From contig CAWGMQ010000008.1 of NCBI GenBank assembly GCA_963823665.1, positions 1,504,001 to 1,568,000 on the forward strand: a stretch of DNA of 64,000 nt. Direction: 5' to 3'. Shown piece by piece: positions 34,206 through 43,820 of the stretch; position 1 is the first letter of the stretch; every line of letters begins with the position of its first letter. The DNA comes from an uncultured Planctomycetota bacterium (GTDB lineage Bacteria; Planctomycetota; Planctomycetia; Isosphaerales; Isosphaeraceae). The notes under the pieces are model-generated. The model was given only the letters and a program-made list of their open reading frames with translations. It did no database searches and was not told the origin of the DNA. The translations under genes and the position numbers were made by a program.

Positions 34206-35885
34206 TCAACTCTTGGCCGGAGCCTGTGGCGACGCTGCGGGAAGAGTCGCCGGGGCCGGCACCAGCACCCGCCTACACACCGCAACCTGCCGCGGGACCT
34301 GCCGTGTTTGAGTCGTCATCACCGTGACAGGCACCTGTACCGGAACGCACACCGGGATCTGGCGAGTCACGGTTTCCGTGACCTGGCGGGCCTGAGTCTT
34401 GCACACCGTGATCGGAACCCGGGTCGTCACCGTAAAGGGCACTTGCTCGGTCACTGTCTCAGTGACCTGACGGGGCTGGTACTTGATCACCGTGACCGGC
34501 ACCTGGACGGGCACGCTCAACGGGTATTGCTGCGTGACGCTTTCGGTGACCTGGCGCGACCGGGAGGTCATCACGGTCACCGGCACCTGGAACGGCACGC
34601 TGACCGGATACTGCTCGGTGACATTTTCGGTCACCTGGCGATATCGCGTCGTGGCAACCTTCTCGGTCCTCTGCTCAGGCACGCTGATCGTGGTTGTGAC
34701 CGGCACGGTTTCGGCCACCTGCTTCGCCACCATCACCGTCACGGGTACGGTATACTCCTCGACCTTCTGCTCCGGAACCGACACATTGACCGTCACCGGC
34801 ACCATCTCGATCCGGGTTTCGGGCACCTCGACCGTTTTTTGGACCGGCACGACCCGCGTTCGCGTTTGCTGCACGTAACACGTCTGGGGCACTTGCCGCA
34901 CCACCGGTTTCGAGACGAAGACTTGTTTGGTGGAATACGTGGTGAGCGTGGTCGTGCATCGCCCACAAGACGAGTGGCCTCCGCGGCACGACTTCGCGCC
35001 GCACCCATGGTTGCAAGCGACGGGCACGACGCAAACAGAGGGTACGCAGACGTTCTGGTAGCATCCCTGCTCCTCGACGACCCGGCTATAGGTAGTGACC
35101 GGCACCGGCTCGGTGTACGACTCGGGGACGAGCGTCGTCTCGACCCGCGACGTCGTGAACGACACCGTCTTCGGCTGATACTCCGTTTGACGCACCGTTT
35201 TCATGACAGTGGTGTAGCGATACTGCTTCTCGGTTTTCGCCACCGGCTCGAGGACCGTCTTCCAGATCTGCTGATTGATGATCTTCTGTTGCGGCACGTA
35301 GACCGTGTACGTGCGCGGCACGTTCACGACCTCGGGGATAGAACGGCTGACGGGCACCGTCCGGCTCTTGTACTCCGTCCGATACCGCGTCTGCATCTGC
35401 GTCGTCGGAACCTGATCGACGACGGTGCGCGTGACGGGCACGTTCCGCGTCTTGTATTCCGTCTTGAATTGGGTCTTCATCTCGGTCGACGGAATCTGAT
35501 CCATGACGGTGCGCGTGATCGGTACGCTTCGCGTCTTGTAATCCGTGCGATACTGGGTTTGCATCTCTGTCGAGGAAACCTGGTCGAACACGGTGCGGGT
35601 GACCGGCACGGTCTCGGTCTTGTACTCCGTTCTGTATTCGGTTTGCAGCTTGGTCTGCGGCACGAGAGTGCACTCCGTGTCGTAGACCGTCTCATAGAAG
35701 ACCTGGTCCTGCCACACCATCGGTGCCGTCGCCGCGGCAGATTGCGCCGATGGTGCCGCACTGCTTCCCGATTGGCCCGAAGCCGTCGCGGGCGTCTGCG
35801 AAAGTGCCATCGCGCCCGCGGCGTGACCAATACACAATCCCGCCGCGACTACCGCAGCGGTTCTCAATCGCATCCTCGATTTCAT
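34206..35885 (-). CDS. Secreted Val/Thr/Pro-rich repeat protein (YTV-like)
   Basis: Signal peptide; repeated YRTEYKT.TVPVTRTV and VPVQVPVTV units; central Cys/Gly-rich segment. Confidence 0.75.
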   Translation of the reverse strand: MKSRMRLRTAAVVAAGLCIGHAAGAMALSQTPATASGQSGSSAAPSAQSAAATAPMVWQDQVFYETVYDTECTLVPQTKLQTEYRTEYKTETVPVTRTVFDQVSSTEMQTQYRTDYKTRSVPITRTVMDQIPSTEMKTQFKTEYKTRNVPVTRTVVDQVPTTQMQTRYRTEYKSRTVPVSRSIPEVVNVPRTYTVYVPQQKIINQQIWKTVLEPVAKTEKQYRYTTVMKTVRQTEYQPKTVSFTTSRVETTLVPESYTEPVPVTTYSRVVEEQGCYQNVCVPSVCVVPVACNHGCGAKSCRGGHSSCGRCTTTLTTYSTKQVFVSKPVVRQVPQTCYVQQTRTRVVPVQKTVEVPETRIEMVPVTVNVSVPEQKVEEYTVPVTVMVAKQVAETVPVTTTISVPEQRTEKVATTRYRQVTENVTEQYPVSVPFQVPVTVMTSRSRQVTESVTQQYPLSVPVQVPVTVIKYQPRQVTETVTEQVPFTVTTRVPITVCKTQARQVTETVTRQIPVCVPVQVPVTVMTTQTRQVPRQVAVCRRVLVPAPATLPAASPQAPAKS

Positions 35886-35951
35886 CGTCGCTACTCTCCA
35901 CGCTGTTCGATTGCTTGAGACCGCTCCTTCACCGAATACGCGCATCCCTGA

Positions 35952-37106
35952 TCAAAGACCGCCTTGCGGCCTCGCACCCGACTGTGATGAAGCAGGAGCG
36001 CTCTGGGCAGAAGCCGGCCCGGCGACGGGCCGAACCTGAGTGGTCATGACCGTGACGGGCACCTGGTAAGGCACGCACACAGATCTCTGCTGCGTGACCG
36101 TCTCCGTGACCGGCCGGCACTTCACCACCGGAACGGTCACCGTCGAATAGTTCGGAATCATCTTCGTCTCACAGACCGTCACCGTTTCCGTGACCGGTTT
36201 CGTTATCACCTTGGTCACGGTGACGTCGTACGACTGCATTTGATACTCGGTCACACACTGATTGACCGTCCCACATGGCACGCGGTTGACTTTAGTCACC
36301 GGTACCGTGACCGTTTGCTGCACGGGGTTGAATTTCGTCCGCGTTCGCTGCACATAGCAAGTTTCCGGTACGAATTTCACCGCCGGGCGGGTGACAGGCA
36401 CTTGCTGGTAGGTGCAAGTTGTCACCGGGCGGTAGCCCACACAGGCCGTCGCACCGCCACACGCACCGCAGCCTCCGCCGCCACAGCGGTGCCCGCACGT
36501 GTGAGCACACGTGACAACCGGAACGTACGAGGTCGACGGAATGCGCTGCGTCACATAACAGACTTGCGGCTCGACAACCTTGCGCATCTTCGTGACCGGC
36601 ACGGTCTCGGTCACGCACTCGGGTATCATGCGCGTGATGACCTTATTGACCATCTCGGTCGTGCAATACGTCTGATAAATCGTCCGCTGCACCGTCTTGG
36701 TCACCGGCACCGGGCGCCAGCACTTCTGCACCACCGTCGTCGGCTCGCACACGATTCGCGTCACCGGTTTGTTCACCATCTGCTGCTGCGGTGTGTAGCG
36801 TGTGACGGTGCGCGTCTCGTTAACAACCTCGCGCACCATGCGTGTCACCGGGACGTTCTCCGTCCGGCATTCAGTTCGATAGAGCGTCTGGGTGTACGTC
36901 ACGGGCACTTGCACGTATTCATACGCCTGCGCCGAACCCGTTTGACCGGCCGGAACCACCGGTGTTCCAGCTTGCGCGGAGCCGGCCGCCGGCTCCTGCT
37001 TCGATGCCGTCTGGATGGCCGCCGCCGCCCAACTGGCCGACATGACCAGACCGGCAATCATCACCCCAACACGCGCGAGCACTCGCTGACGAATCAATCG
37101 CTGCAT
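35952..37106 (-). CDS. Secreted Val/Thr/Cys-rich repeat protein (YTV-like), paralog of the downstream gene
   Basis: Signal peptide; VPVT repeats; central CGHRCGGGGCGACGG; shares the C-terminal VPVTVMTTQ with its neighbour. Confidence 0.75.
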   Translation of the reverse strand: MQRLIRQRVLARVGVMIAGLVMSASWAAAAIQTASKQEPAAGSAQAGTPVVPAGQTGSAQAYEYVQVPVTYTQTLYRTECRTENVPVTRMVREVVNETRTVTRYTPQQQMVNKPVTRIVCEPTTVVQKCWRPVPVTKTVQRTIYQTYCTTEMVNKVITRMIPECVTETVPVTKMRKVVEPQVCYVTQRIPSTSYVPVVTCAHTCGHRCGGGGCGACGGATACVGYRPVTTCTYQQVPVTRPAVKFVPETCYVQRTRTKFNPVQQTVTVPVTKVNRVPCGTVNQCVTEYQMQSYDVTVTKVITKPVTETVTVCETKMIPNYSTVTVPVVKCRPVTETVTQQRSVCVPYQVPVTVMTTQVRPVAGPASAQSAPASSQSGARPQGGL

Positions 37107-37621
37107 CACCTGGCCTCCACCTTGCGGAACGCGAATCACCTCGACGTCAGAAATGGCGGACCACGCAAATCGAGAACATGCAGCGTAGCCCGAAAAATTG
37201 CTGTAGAGACCCAATACTACCTAGAATATACACTCTGTGCAAGCTTCTCAATCTGTTGCACGAAATACTCTTCACAGGGCAACGCCTTCGGCACGTGCGC
37301 AGAAATATGGACAAACGTACCGATCCGCGCCGTGGCTCGAGCTCATTGGCCCACGATGTCATCAGCTTGGTGTCAGTTGGTCGCGAGCATTGATTCTTCT
37401 CATGCAGCTCGAGCGCGCATTCGGTTCCTGGCACCTTTTCTGGCACCGTTTCGCAGGGGTCGCGGGACGGACGAGTTTTGCGTATGCTTTAGAGAGCCGG
37501 CGGGAGTGTTACGATTTGAATCCACCGAGAGCCATCTGACGGATTGCCCGCCGGAACCGTCCTCGACGCCGGAAAAAGCTCCATTTCGCTGTCCCGAATG
37601 AATCGGTTCCACGTTACCTCC

Positions 37622-38530
37622 ATGACCAAGATCGAGCGCGAACGCAATCTGGCCGTATTCATTGATCTGGAAAACCTGGCGATGGGCTTCCAGAATCAGC
37701 GCAAGATCCGATTCGAGGTGCAGAAGGTGCTCGAGCGTCTGGTCGAGAAGGGAAAGCTCGTGGTCAAGAAGGCGTATGCCGACTGGAGCCGGTTCCCGAG
37801 CTATACGGCTCCATTCCATGAGGCCGCCATCGAATTGATCGAGATTCCCAAGCGCTCGCAGACGGGCAAGAATTCGGCGGATATCCGGCTGGTCGTCGAC
37901 GCCATGGATCTGGCCTGGAGCAAAACGCATCTCGACACGTTCGTGATCGTCTCGGGTGACTCTGACTTTTCGCCATTGGTCTCCAAGCTCAAGGAGAATG
38001 GCAAACACGTCATCGGTCTGGGGATGAAAGGGTCGACTTCAGACCTGCTCCGGGATAACTGCGACGAATTCATTTACTATGAAGATCTGGAGCGGCAGGA
38101 ACAAAACGAGCAGCAGCTCGTCACCGATTTGAACACTTACTTGCCCCCGAACTTGCCCGAGCGCCAGCGTGAGCTCTACAGCCTCCTGATCGAGGCCTGT
38201 CACGCGCTGCGGCGTGAAAATCACGAGGTGATCTACGCCTCGATGATCAAGGACACGATGAAACGAAAGAAGCCGTCGTTTGACGAGAGCTACTACGGAT
38301 ATCGCAGCTTCACCCACTTGCTCGAGGACGCCGATAACCTGGCGCTGGTGGATATCGAGCGGAACCCCAAGAGCGGTACGTACGTCGTGACCGGCTTCAG
38401 CGGCGAGCGCGATCGAAAAGCGCATCGCGGCCAACCGGGCGCCAACAACACTGCGGCGCCGCCGGTTGTGGATCCGGCCGCGAAACTCGGCGCGCGGCCA
38501 AGCCGCGGCCTGCCTCGCCGCCGGCGCTGA
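37622..38530 (+). CDS. NYN domain (PIN-like) protein with C-terminal OST-HTH/LOTUS domain
   Basis: AVFIDLEN, KAYADW, GKNSADIRLVVDAMD, IVSGDSDFSPL and PSFDESYYGYRSF..LLE. Confidence 0.9.
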   Translation: MTKIERERNLAVFIDLENLAMGFQNQRKIRFEVQKVLERLVEKGKLVVKKAYADWSRFPSYTAPFHEAAIELIEIPKRSQTGKNSADIRLVVDAMDLAWSKTHLDTFVIVSGDSDFSPLVSKLKENGKHVIGLGMKGSTSDLLRDNCDEFIYYEDLERQEQNEQQLVTDLNTYLPPNLPERQRELYSLLIEACHALRRENHEVIYASMIKDTMKRKKPSFDESYYGYRSFTHLLEDADNLALVDIERNPKSGTYVVTGFSGERDRKAHRGQPGANNTAAPPVVDPAAKLGARPSRGLPRRRR

Positions 38531-38608
38531 GAACACCCTTCCCATGGGAGATCGTCACACGAGTTTCTCGCAAGCCTCACCGAGCTTATTCCGGCAGGAG
38601 AGACCGCA

Positions 38609-39508
38609 ATGTTCCTTGCTCAAAAACTCCATCGTTCCGGCCCAGACCTCGACCGCGGGCGGGCAGACCGCCATTCTCTCCGCCCACGCGGACGAGCGAT
38701 CACCCTCGCCCTGCTGGCAGTTTGCGTGATCGGCGTGCCGGGAAGAGCCGCCGATGAGCCGCAGAATGAAACGCTCGCACAGCACAAGCTCAAGGCAATG
38801 GGCTCTCTCCAGGTCCTCGAGGACGAAGGCGAATTCAAGACCAAGCTCACGGAAGCGCGGCGGCTCCTGCGGCAGTTGAACTACTCGATCTTGCAGCAGA
38901 AGGGAACCATGAGCCCGCAGCAGTATCAAAAAAACCTTGAGGGAATGAAAGAAGAATTGAACCAGATGAGGTCGCAGATCAACCAGGCCAACCAGCAGAT
39001 GAACTCGCTTCCACGTTTCCGCGGCCGGCTCTCAAGCAGCTACGCACAAGAGGCGTACAACGAGCTCATGGTTTATCGAAATCAGCTCCAGGTGCAGGTC
39101 AACCAGGAATCGGCCTGGCTGAATCAGCTTCAGAGCCAGAAGGCCGACCCCAAAGCCAAGGACAAGATCGACGCCGAGGTGAACGACCGGCGCGACGCCT
39201 ATCACCAGGCGCTTCAAGACTTGCGCACACTGGCTGACTCGGTCACCAAGAAATACGCCGATCTGGAAAAAGACTCCGAGGTGAAGGATGCCATTGCCGC
39301 GCTCGGCAAAGGCAAGCGAGAAAAGCCGAAACTCGGCCCGTCTCATGATTTTTTGAACAACGTGAAACTTCTCGAGAAGCTTGAGAAGGCTGAATCCTCC
39401 GGCGATGCATTCCAGGAGAAGCCCGCGCGGCGTTCGCGCACCAAGAGTCGGTCCAAGACGAAAGATGCGGTCTCCACCACGCCCGCGAAGGGTAAACCCG
39501 GCGAGTGA
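38609..39508 (+). CDS. Exported coiled-coil hypothetical protein
   Basis: Hydrophobic segment (LALLAVCVIGV) then Gln/Glu/Lys-rich heptads; its stop overlaps the serpin start. Confidence 0.65.
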   Translation: MFLAQKLHRSGPDLDRGRADRHSLRPRGRAITLALLAVCVIGVPGRAADEPQNETLAQHKLKAMGSLQVLEDEGEFKTKLTEARRLLRQLNYSILQQKGTMSPQQYQKNLEGMKEELNQMRSQINQANQQMNSLPRFRGRLSSSYAQEAYNELMVYRNQLQVQVNQESAWLNQLQSQKADPKAKDKIDAEVNDRRDAYHQALQDLRTLADSVTKKYADLEKDSEVKDAIAALGKGKREKPKLGPSHDFLNNVKLLEKLEKAESSGDAFQEKPARRSRTKSRSKTKDAVSTTPAKGKPGE

Positions 39509-40755
39509 AGCTCGACATGACACGGTTTCTGCCGACGGTCGTTTGTCTGGCCTTGTATGGAGGGTTTTGCGGGCAGTGCGCCGCCGGCGAGGGTTCGACC
39601 ATGGATGCCAGCACCGAGGTCGTCCGTGACAACAACGCGTTTGCGGTGGACCTCTACGGACGGGTCGCGCGGGGCGACGGCAACCGATTCCTGTCGCCCT
39701 TCTCGATCTCATGCGCCCTCGCCATGACCTATGGGGGCGCACGGGGCGATACCGCCGTCCAGATCGCCAAGGCCCTGCATTTCAAGCTGCCGGCCGAGCA
39801 GCTTCACTCCGCGTTTCATCGCTTGATTGCCGATTTGAACCATCAAAACGACTCCGGGACCGACCCCAATACCCCCCGCGCCGTTGAGCTGCTCACTGCG
39901 AACGCGCTCTGGACACAGTCGGGTGAGCGGATCCTCCCTGAATTCCAGAAGCTGATCGAGAAGAGCTACGGAGGCGGGCTCATTCCGGTCGACTTCCGCG
40001 ACGCGCCAGCCGCGGCGTGCGAGTACATCAATCACTGGGTCGAGGAACAGACCAGAGGAAGAATCAAGGACCTGATCAAGCCGAACCACATCGACTCGCG
40101 CACCGTGCTCATTCTCACCAACGCGATCTACTTCAAGGCGCTCTGGGCCAGCCCGTTTCCCGCGACACTCACCCGGCCTGGTGATTTCCAGGCATCGTCT
40201 GGGGAAAAGGTTCCAGCGAAGCTGATGCACCTCACCGGGAAATTCGCTTACGCAGAAGACACCACGGCGCAGGCACTGGAGCTGCCTTATCAGGGCGCGA
40301 ATCTCTCGATGGTCATCGTCTTGCCCAAGGCTTCAGACGGGCTCAGCTCGCTCGAATCCTCGCTTTCGCTTACAAAGCTTGATGGCTGGGTCAGTTCGCT
40401 GCTCCAGCGCCGCATCGAGGTGATTCTGCCCCGGTTCAAGCTCACCGCGGAATTCGAGCTCAAAGACACCCTTTCTTCGCTGGGAATGCCGGCGGCATTC
40501 GCCGGAGGCGACGCCGACTTTTCCGGAATGAACGGTTCCCGCGATCTCGTGATCTCGGCCGTCGTGCACAAGGCATTCGTTGAGGTCGAGGAAAAGGGAA
40601 CCGAAGCCGCGGCGGCCACCGGGGTCGTGATGGCCCGAGCTTCCCTCGCGATGGGGCCGCCGGTTGTCTTCCGCGCCGATCATCCTTTCCTCTTCCTGAT
40701 CCGCGACAAATCGACCGGCAGCATCCTCTTCATCGGGCGCCTGGCGCGGCCGTAA
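39505..40755 (+). CDS. Serpin family protease inhibitor, secreted
   Basis: NNAFAVDLY, FLSPFSIS, INHWVEEQTRGRIKDL, NAIYFKA.W, hinge EKGTEAAAAT and FRADHPFLF. Confidence 0.95.
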   Translation: MKLDMTRFLPTVVCLALYGGFCGQCAAGEGSTMDASTEVVRDNNAFAVDLYGRVARGDGNRFLSPFSISCALAMTYGGARGDTAVQIAKALHFKLPAEQLHSAFHRLIADLNHQNDSGTDPNTPRAVELLTANALWTQSGERILPEFQKLIEKSYGGGLIPVDFRDAPAAACEYINHWVEEQTRGRIKDLIKPNHIDSRTVLILTNAIYFKALWASPFPATLTRPGDFQASSGEKVPAKLMHLTGKFAYAEDTTAQALELPYQGANLSMVIVLPKASDGLSSLESSLSLTKLDGWVSSLLQRRIEVILPRFKLTAEFELKDTLSSLGMPAAFAGGDADFSGMNGSRDLVISAVVHKAFVEVEEKGTEAAAATGVVMARASLAMGPPVVFRADHPFLFLIRDKSTGSILFIGRLARP

Positions 40756-40853
40756 GTCCCACCAACCGGTGGAAACCCGCCGGCGCCTCCGCTAGGATAG
40801 TGCCGTCTGTCGCACATTAATCCCGTCGGCCGTCACGTCAGGCGAGAGCAACC

Positions 40854-41612
40854 ATGATCCTCGGCAAACTCTGGAAAGCCATCGCAGCACAGTTCAACAA
40901 GCTGGCCAACGCGATCCGCGGGGTCGACCCGATCGCCGAGATGCAATATGAATACGACCGCTCGGTCGAGCAGATCAAAGAGGGCCGGGAGGGCCTGGCC
41001 CAGTACCGCGCCTTGGTCGAGCGGGTTTCGCGCCAGGTGGAGAATGCTCGCAAGCAGGTTGCCATGCTCGAAGCCAAGGTCAAGGCCTACTTGAATGCCG
41101 GCGACCGCGACAACGCGGGCCGGATTGCCCTCGAGCTCAAGCGTGCCAGGGACGACCAGGCCGAAAACGAAAAGCAACTCGCGCTCCACGAGCAGGCTTA
41201 CCAGAACAACCTTCTGAAAATTCAGCGCGCGGTCAAGAAGCTCGACGACGTGAGGCACAAGATCTCCACATACGATGCCGAGCTGAAGATGAGCCGTGCC
41301 GAGGCCGAGATGGCCGCCCTCGCGAACCAGTTCCATTTCGACGTCACAACCGACTTCGGCCAGGCCGAGCAGATGCTTCAGGACCAGATCGACAAGAATC
41401 GCGCCAAGGTCCGCGTAGCGGCTGACCTCTCCGGCGAGGGTGTCGAAGAGATCCAGCGCGAAGTGAACGTTGAAAAAGCCATGGCCGATAACGCCTTGCG
41501 GGAATTTGAAATCTCCCAGGGCATGGTCACCCCCGAAACGAGCAAAATACCCCAGGCGACCAAAGAGCTGGGCCCGGCAGCCAAAACGCTCGCGCCGCTC
41601 CCCGAGATCTGA
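40854..41612 (+). CDS. PspA/IM30 (Vipp1/ESCRT-III superfamily) protein
   Basis: Amphipathic N-terminal helix ending DP, long coiled coil with AYLNAGDRDNA..IALEL, LKMSRAEAEM and KNRAKVRVAADLS. Confidence 0.85.
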   Translation: MILGKLWKAIAAQFNKLANAIRGVDPIAEMQYEYDRSVEQIKEGREGLAQYRALVERVSRQVENARKQVAMLEAKVKAYLNAGDRDNAGRIALELKRARDDQAENEKQLALHEQAYQNNLLKIQRAVKKLDDVRHKISTYDAELKMSRAEAEMAALANQFHFDVTTDFGQAEQMLQDQIDKNRAKVRVAADLSGEGVEEIQREVNVEKAMADNALREFEISQGMVTPETSKIPQATKELGPAAKTLAPLPEI

Positions 41613-41663
41613 GCCGAGCCGCACCCGAGTAAAGGTCGATCGATCGATCGAGGGACGCAGACC

Positions 41664-43475
41664 GTGGAGACCCGGCCGCAATCCTCCCCCGCTGAGTCCA
41701 CCACGCTCCGGCCCCCGTCGGGCGATGGAGCCGGTGACGCCGTACCCTGGCTGCCACGCTGGGCGCGTGAATTCTCCGACCAGTTCTTTGCCGGCACAAC
41801 CTGCGTCTTTCTGCTCCACGGCAACGTGCATGACCTCACCCGGCAGGAACATGACGGCAGCCCCGCGTACGGCGGCGTCACCGAGTTCCTGGCAACCCAG
41901 CTCTTTGGCAAGTGGGACGTCGTCCTCCAGCACGACTTGAGCCTGGGACTGAAGGCCGCATCCGGCGGCGACGCCGACCGCCTGCGCCGCATGCTCGCCA
42001 TCCTCTCCGAGCGCATCGGCGAGCCCAAATCGTGGCCGCGCGATCCGGACATGATCCTCTCGCTCCTCGACAAGCTCATCCAGAGCATTCTGATGGAGGT
42101 CGATCCGGCCAAACGGATCAGCCTGGGAATCATCCTCGACTACGCCCAGTACTTGATCCCTTCCGCCGAGCTTTCGCAGATGGCCGCCGCGCAGGGAGCG
42201 CGGCTGGTGCGGCTGTTGTCCTGGGCACAGAACCCGTACATCAAGCGGCACAATATTGCTGTGTGCTTGCTTTGCGACCGTCTGGCCGAGATCAACGAGC
42301 GGTTGATCGGCAGCCCGCATCTCGCGACGCTCGAAGTCGCCATGCCCGACGCCGCTGCGCGGGAAGAGTTCGCCACCTGGTACGACAACCGCGACGCCAG
42401 GCTGGGAAACCTGACCGACTTCACTCCCAAGCAACTGGCGGAGCTGACCGCAGGGCTGAACCTGGTGAACATCGAGCGGCTGCTCGCCGGCGCCGGGCAG
42501 TCCGGCCAAAAGCTGGATTCCCAGGCCCTCAAGCGTTTGAAAAAAGGCCTGATCGAGCGCCAGGCCCGGGGCCTTGTTGAATTCGTCGAGCCGCCCCAGA
42601 CACTCGACGACTTCGTCGGCAACGACGCGATCAAGCACCGTCTCGTCGACGACGCGGCCCTCTTGACCAAGGGCCGACTCGACGCCGCGCCGATGGGGTA
42701 CTTGATCTGCGGCCCAGTGGGCACCGGCAAGACCTACCTCGCCGAGTGCTTCGCCGGCTCGGTCGGCCTGCCGTGCGTCAAGCTCCGCAATTTCCGGTCC
42801 AAGTACGTGGGCGAGACTGAGGGGAACCTCGAGCAGATCTTGAACGTGCTCCGCGCGATGGGGCCGGTCGTCGTGGTCATCGACGAAGCCGACGCGGCGC
42901 TGGGGAATCGCGAGGCCGGGGGCGACTCGGGCACCTCGAGCCGGGTCTTCTCCATGATCGCCGCGCAGATGGGAGACACGCGCTATCGCGGCAAGCTGCT
43001 CTGGATGCTCCTCACCAGCCGCCCCGATTTGCTGCCGATCGATCTGAAGCGGCAAGGACGCGCCGAAGTGCACCTGCCCCTGTTTGCGCCGGCCGATGAT
43101 GCCGAGATCGGCGTCATGATCAAGGTGCTGGCGCGCAAGAACAAGACCAGCCTGGCCGAGGAAGCCTTGCCGAAGGGCCTCTCCGGCCACGGGTTCAGCG
43201 GCGCCGACATCGAGAGCATCGTGCTTTCGGCGAAGAGAACCGCGCTGACGCAATCTCGCGAAGTGATCACCCGCGACGATCTCGACAGTACCATCAAGGA
43301 TTTCATCCCCTCGGCGCAGGGCCTGGAAAAAGAGAAACAAGAGCTGGCCGCCGTGCTCGAATGCACGTCGATGTCGTTTCTGCCCGCGGCCTGGCGGGCG
43401 CGCGTCGCCTCCGCCGACGGCCGCACCAAGCTCCAGGAACGAATGGCCGCCATCCGGCAACTGATAGAAGAGTGA
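41664..43475 (+). CDS. AAA+ ATPase with a degenerate N-terminal P-loop-like domain and an intact C-terminal classical AAA module
   Basis: Walker A GPVGTGKT, pore loop SKYVGETE, Walker B VVVIDE, SRH TSRPDLLPIDLKRQGR and FSGADIE; N-terminal FLLHGNVHD. Confidence 0.9.
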   Translation: METRPQSSPAESTTLRPPSGDGAGDAVPWLPRWAREFSDQFFAGTTCVFLLHGNVHDLTRQEHDGSPAYGGVTEFLATQLFGKWDVVLQHDLSLGLKAASGGDADRLRRMLAILSERIGEPKSWPRDPDMILSLLDKLIQSILMEVDPAKRISLGIILDYAQYLIPSAELSQMAAAQGARLVRLLSWAQNPYIKRHNIAVCLLCDRLAEINERLIGSPHLATLEVAMPDAAAREEFATWYDNRDARLGNLTDFTPKQLAELTAGLNLVNIERLLAGAGQSGQKLDSQALKRLKKGLIERQARGLVEFVEPPQTLDDFVGNDAIKHRLVDDAALLTKGRLDAAPMGYLICGPVGTGKTYLAECFAGSVGLPCVKLRNFRSKYVGETEGNLEQILNVLRAMGPVVVVIDEADAALGNREAGGDSGTSSRVFSMIAAQMGDTRYRGKLLWMLLTSRPDLLPIDLKRQGRAEVHLPLFAPADDAEIGVMIKVLARKNKTSLAEEALPKGLSGHGFSGADIESIVLSAKRTALTQSREVITRDDLDSTIKDFIPSAQGLEKEKQELAAVLECTSMSFLPAAWRARVASADGRTKLQERMAAIRQLIEE

Positions 43476-43517
43476 ACCAACACGAGTTAACCGAAGATTT
43501 CACCCGAGGCCCAACTC

Positions 43518-43820
43518 ATGAGCGCAAAGACGAATCGCACTCACTGGCTCGATGAAAAGACGGACGCACCGCTGATCGATGACTACGTCCAGCGCCTGAG
43601 CACGTTCATGGACGCCATGGCCGACGGCAAGATCGACGCGAGCGAGCTGAAATCGCAGGAGGCGCGGGTGACGGCGCTCATGAAAACCGTCGAGCCGGCC
43701 CTCGACGACAAGTTACATGAACAGGTCACGCACCTCCTTTGCGAGCTTTCCGCCTACAACATCATGAACACTCTGCACCAGATCATGGAAAGCAAGCCAA
43801 AGACGAAATTTCGGGGATGA
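43518..43820 (+). CDS. Small helical protein with a DGxID motif (TerB/EF-hand-like)
   Basis: DAMADGKIDASE; GAGG upstream of the ATG; co-oriented with the AAA gene. Confidence 0.7.
   Translation: MSAKTNRTHWLDEKTDAPLIDDYVQRLSTFMDAMADGKIDASELKSQEARVTALMKTVEPALDDKLHEQVTHLLCELSAYNIMNTLHQIMESKPKTKFRG

Noticed and set aside
37423..37455. Sigma-54 promoter suggested by TGGCAC motifs
   Set aside because: GG-to-GC spacing is 9 or 11 nt rather than 10; more likely a short repeat motif.
34308..37601. Long His/Arg-rich plus-strand ORFs (536 and 453 aa)
   Set aside because: Antisense shadows of the Val/Thr repeat genes.
40833..43460. 875-aa minus-strand ORF
   Set aside because: Antisense shadow of the PspA and AAA genes, typical of high-GC DNA.
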